Assembly: GCA_050117845.1 (NCBI GenBank)
Contig: JASFLY010000021.1
Location: forward strand, 1-49,382
DNA from: Candidatus Zixiibacteriota bacterium
GTDB taxonomy: Bacteria > RBG-13-66-14 > B26-G2 > WVWN01
Reading direction: 5' to 3'
DNA: 49,382 bases
Positions within the stretch are counted from its first letter, which is position 1; every line of letters starts with the position of its first letter. The position numbers and the translations under genes are program-made. Under the pieces are notes generated by a model. The model saw only the letters and a program-made list of their open reading frames with translations. It did no database searches and was not told the origin of the DNA. Shown here in pieces: positions 44,679 through 49,382 of the stretch.

Positions 44679-45656
44679 ATGAAGCACTACATATTAATTA
44701 GCGTAATAATACTCGCGGCGGCGGCTTCGGCCTTGGCCTCCGAAGGTTTCGTGTATAGGGGCCAGTGGGGCGAATCCGGTACCGGGAACGGCCAGTTCAA
44801 ACTCCCGGTGGACGTGGTCGCCGGCCCCGGCGGGAACGTTTACGTCCTGGATTCCGATAACTTCCGCATCCAGTATTTCACGTCGACGGGCAGTTACCTC
44901 GGGAAATGGGGCAGCGCGGGTACGGGCGCCGGCCTGTTCCTGTATCCGACGGCCATCGCGGCCGACCCCGGGACCGGCAATATCTACGTCGCCGATACCG
45001 GCCGGGACGACGTGCAGTACTTCACGCCGGCCGGAAGTTTCCTGGGGTCCTTCGGGTCCTCGGGCACCGGCAACGGCCAGTTCATGTCTCCCCACGGCGT
45101 CGCCGTGAACGCGCCGCTCGGGTACATTTACGTATCCGACACGAACCTAAACCGCGTGCAGTACTTCACGCCGTCGGGCAGTTTCCTCGGCGTCTGGGGT
45201 TCGACCGGCACGGGCAACGGTGAGTTCGTTCGGGCTTATAACGTCGCCGTGGCCGCGAGTACGGGTAACGTGTACGTCGTCGATTTCGGCAACGACCGCG
45301 TCCAGTATTTCACGTCTACCGGCAGTTTCCTCGGCAAGTGGGGTTCGACGGGAACGGGCGACGGCGAGTTCAACCGGCCGATGGGGGTAGCCTGCGACGC
45401 CGGCGGAAGGGTATTCGTCGTCGACTACGCGAATTTCCGGGTCCAGTATTTCGACGCGGCCGGGAGTTTCGCCGGGAAGTGGGGCAAGGCCGGGACGACC
45501 AACGGCGAGTTTAACGAACCGGTCGGCATCAGCCTTACCGACGGCGGCGTGGCGTACGTCGCGGATATGGGGAACCGGCGGATCCAGTACTTCAGCGAGG
45601 CCGGCCCGGCCGTAACGCCGACGTCGCTCGGGAGGGTCCGGGCGCTGTTCCGGTAG
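44679..45656 (+). CDS. Secreted NHL-repeat beta-propeller with short C-terminal motif
   Basis: SD GGAG; signal peptide MKHYILISVIILAAAASALA; six NHL repeats; ends AVTPTSLGRVRALFR; promoter TTGCCG-17-TAGTTT at 44590-44618. Confidence 0.92.
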   Translation: MKHYILISVIILAAAASALASEGFVYRGQWGESGTGNGQFKLPVDVVAGPGGNVYVLDSDNFRIQYFTSTGSYLGKWGSAGTGAGLFLYPTAIAADPGTGNIYVADTGRDDVQYFTPAGSFLGSFGSSGTGNGQFMSPHGVAVNAPLGYIYVSDTNLNRVQYFTPSGSFLGVWGSTGTGNGEFVRAYNVAVAASTGNVYVVDFGNDRVQYFTSTGSFLGKWGSTGTGDGEFNRPMGVACDAGGRVFVVDYANFRVQYFDAAGSFAGKWGKAGTTNGEFNEPVGISLTDGGVAYVADMGNRRIQYFSEAGPAVTPTSLGRVRALFR

Positions 45657-45843
45657 CGGCATACTTACGCGCAAACTACGATGCGTAATTTAGGCCGTCA
45701 TCCGCGCTACGGCCAGCTTTCGTTATTTAAGTGCGTATCAACTTGCTGTGTTTATTTTTTACTTGACTTTGCGGCCGGGATATTATACTTAGTTAGTATG
45801 TGGCGGGGTTAAGGTGTAATACGAACATTGGGGGTCGGTGGAA

Positions 45844-45990
45844 ATGGAAGAAGAAGGCGGGGCCCGGGGCTTTTTCGCGAAGCTATGGGCGGGGATTAAA
45901 CGGGTCTTTACGCTAGGCCTTTCGGACGTCAAATCACCGGCGGAAGTTCCTTCCACTACGGAGGAACTCCGCCGGTTGATTATTAGTTAG
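45844..45990 (+). CDS. Possible 48-aa small protein (not in the ORF track)
   Basis: MEEEGGARGFFAKLWAGIKRVFTLGLSDVKSPAEVPSTTEELRRLIIS; G-rich SD-like stretch and promoter-like AT region upstream. Confidence 0.35.
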   Translation: MEEEGGARGFFAKLWAGIKRVFTLGLSDVKSPAEVPSTTEELRRLIIS

Positions 45991-46076
45991 GGAAGGTGGG
46001 GGCGATATCGTAAAACGCTGATAGTTATTCTAATCGACCCGAAGGGATTAATAGATAGTAGATAAGGAGTGTTACG

Positions 46077-47738
46077 ATGAACGGGGAGACCGGACTTACG
46101 CCCATTAAACTCATTGAAGAATTCCGAAAAGTACGGAATTATATTGGAAAAGCGGCTTTACAAGAGTTCGAGAAGTTGCCACCTCAGGAACGCCAGGAGT
46201 ATTTTAATCCGACGATAGAATTCCTGAAAACGGAGACGAATGATCGCGTACGTAGTTGGGGAACTAGTGTATTAAGGATTATCGGCGGAGAAAAGGCTTT
46301 TATGTTCCTTGCCGATTTATTGCGAAGGGCGGACGCGGAGGAAAAGAAGCGGTATCCTCGTACGCGTTTATTCGCGTTAAAAACGCTCACCGTTACGGCA
46401 ATCACAGAAAGGCAAAAGGACCAACTTTCACAAATAATAAATGAGATTTCGAAAGATAACGACGAACGTGGGTTTGTTTCGGCAGCGTCTAAGATACTTT
46501 TAGCTAAACAAGGGAAGGCGCCGGTATTCGAGAAAGAGCTTAGGGATACTTTAAGGGATTACGACGATTATAAGGCTTTTAGGAGTATCACACGCATTTT
46601 GCGTGCTCTACGGGAATTCCCGTGTGCTAGGCTAACGGGCGAGATACTTATGGTAATTAGGAACTGCGAATACACCGAACATAGAAGGCAAGCTATTAAA
46701 ACCCTAAGCAGCGTTGAATACGTAGGTAATAATGAGGTAATTCGGGTTCTAGGAGGCGTCGTCGTTAACTGCGACGATACTTATTCACGATTGGAGGCTG
46801 TTAAATCACTAGCGGTACTGGGCGACCCGGAAGCGGAGGGTGATCTACTTAAAGCGCTTAAGGATATTGACGCCGAAGTTCGAGTACAAGCTTCGAACTC
46901 GTTAGTATCATTGTTGGGTAAAGAGGGGGCGTTACCGGCGGTTATTCAACAGGCATTGAGAGAAGAGGAGGAAAAGGGTAGAGACCGTTTAATAGAAGCG
47001 ATTAGGCGGATGGATCCCGACCGGAGGATTTCGGTAGATATACTTAGTAAGGAATTGGGTGGAGAAGATAGAAAACGCTCACAAACGGCCGAAAAGGTAT
47101 TGTTAGAACTCGGAGGAGCGGCGGCGGTACAAAGATTAAGTCAATTACGGAAAACCTTAGACTACCTCGACAACCTATTGTCGAAATCGGAAGATGTTAT
47201 CAAATCTACCTTTAAAGATACTATACGCCAAGCCAGGTTGAATTTCTACTTCGCGATGGTCATAAACGCGCTCGTCGTTGGCATTGGAATCGCGCTAATT
47301 GTTTTAGCGATGATACATATGGCGGGGGATCCCACACGATTCGAATCGTGGGTTATCCCCGGCGCGGCGGGCGTTTTGGGTATTATCACAAACCTCTTTT
47401 ACAATAGCCCGCGCCGTAACGCCCGGCAGGACATGGCTACCCTAATGAACGTAAATATTATTTTCCTCGGATATCTCCGGCAATTGAACGAGATAGACGC
47501 TACGTTCAAACATGAGTTCATAGAAGTCGAGGATTTCGGCATCGGTACTATGGAAAAGACGGTACAACAGATTGAGAAAGCGATGTGTCGGACTTTAGAA
47601 ATGGCCGCTTTTAACCTCCGGGACCCTAGGCGACGCGAACAAGGTAATGTCCCGGTTATCCCCACGAACGTTGATGGGAACGGTGCCGGTACTCAAACGC
47701 TTACTACGGTGCAGCAAGAAGAACCTGTGACGTCTTAG
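46077..47738 (+). CDS. HEAT-repeat protein with C-terminal two-TM domain
   Basis: SD AAGGAG; HEAT-like RLEAVKSLAVLGD...LKALKDIDAEVRVQASNSL; TMs NALVVGIGIALIVLAMI and WVIPGAAGVLGIITNLFY; visibly AT-richer than flanks. Confidence 0.8.
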   Translation: MNGETGLTPIKLIEEFRKVRNYIGKAALQEFEKLPPQERQEYFNPTIEFLKTETNDRVRSWGTSVLRIIGGEKAFMFLADLLRRADAEEKKRYPRTRLFALKTLTVTAITERQKDQLSQIINEISKDNDERGFVSAASKILLAKQGKAPVFEKELRDTLRDYDDYKAFRSITRILRALREFPCARLTGEILMVIRNCEYTEHRRQAIKTLSSVEYVGNNEVIRVLGGVVVNCDDTYSRLEAVKSLAVLGDPEAEGDLLKALKDIDAEVRVQASNSLVSLLGKEGALPAVIQQALREEEEKGRDRLIEAIRRMDPDRRISVDILSKELGGEDRKRSQTAEKVLLELGGAAAVQRLSQLRKTLDYLDNLLSKSEDVIKSTFKDTIRQARLNFYFAMVINALVVGIGIALIVLAMIHMAGDPTRFESWVIPGAAGVLGIITNLFYNSPRRNARQDMATLMNVNIIFLGYLRQLNEIDATFKHEFIEVEDFGIGTMEKTVQQIEKAMCRTLEMAAFNLRDPRRREQGNVPVIPTNVDGNGAGTQTLTTVQQEEPVTS

Positions 47739-47908
47739 ACATTGGTAGACTCGTCGCACAACCAACTTTCGACAAAGGTATTGTAGTTTTGTCCCCAACG
47801 TCTTTATAATGTAACATCGGTCTCCTTTTGAGTTACGCGAGTCTACCCGCCCCCCGGGGCGGTTTTTCGTTATTGAACGGCCGGGTACGCTTACGAATAA
47901 AATCGGCT

Positions 47909-47955
47909 CGGGCCGGCCGGCGTCCCGCTACGGGCGTGCGGCCTTGCGCCCCCAC
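47909..47955 (-). repeat. Two degenerate REP-like palindromes
   Basis: Minus strand GTGG-GGGCGCAAGGCCGCACGCCC followed by GTAG-CGGGACGCCGGCCGGCCCG. Confidence 0.45.
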
Positions 47956-48022
47956 TATGCCGCGGCCTTTGACGTTTACGAGGCCGCGCTTTTATTGTAT
48001 ACTGTGCAGTTAGGCGCAATAT

Positions 48023-49330
48023 ATGAAAATCCTCTACCGTTACGTCCTGGCCGAACACGTCGGACCGTTCGTCTTCGCCGTATTTACGGCCACGCTGGTG
48101 CTCCTACTCGCTCGCATCTTCAAGATGATGGAACTCATCATCTCGAAGGGCGTCAGCGTGTTGACCGTGGGCGAACTCTTCTCGTACTTCCTGCCGTCGC
48201 TACTCGCGATGACTGTCCCCATGGGCGTGATGGTGGCGGCCCTCATGGCCTTCGGCCGCCTCTCCTCCGACAACGAGATAACCGCGCTAAAAAGCGCCGG
48301 CGTGAGCTTCTACCGGCTGGTGTGGCCGGTCATCGTGGCGGGGTTGGTCCTGGCCGTCGGCATGTACCTGTTCATCGACCGCGTCGTGCCCGAGTCGAAC
48401 CTCCGCTTTAAGGACCTCATGCTCTCCATCGGCATGAAGCGCCCCGACCTCGAGCTCAAGGAGCGCGTCTTCATTCAGGACTTCCCGGGCTACGAGTTGT
48501 ACATCGAGGAGATGGACGACCGCACAGCCGAGATGAAGAACGTGACCATCTTCCAGATGGAGGGAGGCCGCCTCAAGAGTACCATTGTCGCCGACCGGGG
48601 CCGCGTGGCCTCCACCAACGTCCGCGGCCTCGTCGTCCTGGAGCTCTTCGACGGCGAGATGCACGAGGTCTCGCCCGACAATCCGGACACCTATCGCCGC
48701 CTGCGTTTCGACAAGCAGGTCGTTAACCTCGAGTTCGATTCGGAGCTGGTGCGCTCGGCGCACGCCGCTAAGGGCGACCGGGAGATGACCACCAAGGAGA
48801 TGCGCGCCGCGGTGGCCAAACTCTCCGAAGGCATCGCCATGACCGAGGCCCAGCCCGCCAGCACCTTCATCGAGGAGAAGTACGAGCGCCAGCATTTGGA
48901 AATGCTCCAGCGCCGTAAGAACGAGTACCTGGTGGAGATATACAAGAAGACGGCGATACCGTTCGCGTGCGCGGCGCTAATTCTGGTGGGGGCGCCGTTG
49001 GGCGTCGTCGTACGGCGCGCCGGCAAGGGGGCGGGATTCAGCTTCTCCATCGGCTTTTTCCTTATATACTATATAATGCTGCTCGCCGGCGAGGCCTTCG
49101 GCGACCGGAACATGATGCCGCCCTTCCTCGCGATGTGGCTGCCCAACATCCTCTTGACGGCGCTGGGGGCGTGGCTGCTCACGCGCGCCGCCCGCGGCAT
49201 GTTCACGGCGCCCTCGTTCAAGTTCCTTGACGTGCGGCGCTGGCCGGTTATCCGCGTGCTTTTGAAAAAACGTAAACCCCGGTGGGCTCGCGAGGAAGAG
49301 GCCCGCTCCACGACGGACGGTGGCCGGTGA
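48023..49330 (+). CDS. lptF: LPS export ABC transporter permease LptF
   Basis: MKILYRY, RLSSDNEITALKSAGVS, IPFAC...GAPLG, AMWLPN. Confidence 0.92.
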   Translation: MKILYRYVLAEHVGPFVFAVFTATLVLLLARIFKMMELIISKGVSVLTVGELFSYFLPSLLAMTVPMGVMVAALMAFGRLSSDNEITALKSAGVSFYRLVWPVIVAGLVLAVGMYLFIDRVVPESNLRFKDLMLSIGMKRPDLELKERVFIQDFPGYELYIEEMDDRTAEMKNVTIFQMEGGRLKSTIVADRGRVASTNVRGLVVLELFDGEMHEVSPDNPDTYRRLRFDKQVVNLEFDSELVRSAHAAKGDREMTTKEMRAAVAKLSEGIAMTEAQPASTFIEEKYERQHLEMLQRRKNEYLVEIYKKTAIPFACAALILVGAPLGVVVRRAGKGAGFSFSIGFFLIYYIMLLAGEAFGDRNMMPPFLAMWLPNILLTALGAWLLTRAARGMFTAPSFKFLDVRRWPVIRVLLKKRKPRWAREEEARSTTDGGR

Positions 49331-49382
49331 GGCTGACGCCCCGCATCCTCGACCGGTACATGGCCGTCGAGTTCTTCCGTAT
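49327..49382 (+). CDS. lptG: N-terminus of LptG-family permease (runs off window end)
   Basis: GTGA overlap with the lptF stop; translates MRLTPRILDRYMAVEFFR with the typical ILDRY. Confidence 0.75.
   Translation, partial: MRLTPRILDRYMAVEFFR

Overview
GC-rich chromosomal window from a diderm bacterium (lptFG, gmhB, murJ, OM barrels). An anaerobic FCB-type candidate-phylum lineage is inferred from the T9SS parts, redox genes and C-terminal motifs. Main content: (i) mosaic REP-like hairpin arrays on both sides of cstA; (ii) iscS, a ytxG/ytxH-like pair, a degenerate LeuC-like protein, PfpI and two cargo proteins with classical T9SS type-A C-terminal domains; (iii) tRNA-Phe and tRNA-Thr bracketing two paralogous secreted proteins; (iv) a sigma54-controlled operon (promoter, IHF site, putative enhancer, adjacent kinase/NtrC-type activator) joining NuoE-, NuoF-GltD- and truncated NuoG-like subunits to a stand-alone glutamate-synthase FMN-domain protein; (v) a SprA-like T9SS translocon directly upstream of exbB-exbB-exbD-exbD with no TonB in the cluster; (vi) five signal-peptide proteins from two repeat families ending in one short motif, [VI]-x-P-[AT]-S-[LIF]-G-[RK]-[VI]-[KR]-[AT]-[LM]-[FY]-[RN]-stop, a candidate second sorting signal; (vii) an AT-richer HEAT-repeat/2TM gene. 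The best candidates for new biology are the short sorting tag, the SprA/ExbBD pairing and the Nuo-GltD-GltS oxidoreductase. All calls come from reading motifs by eye; no searches were run.
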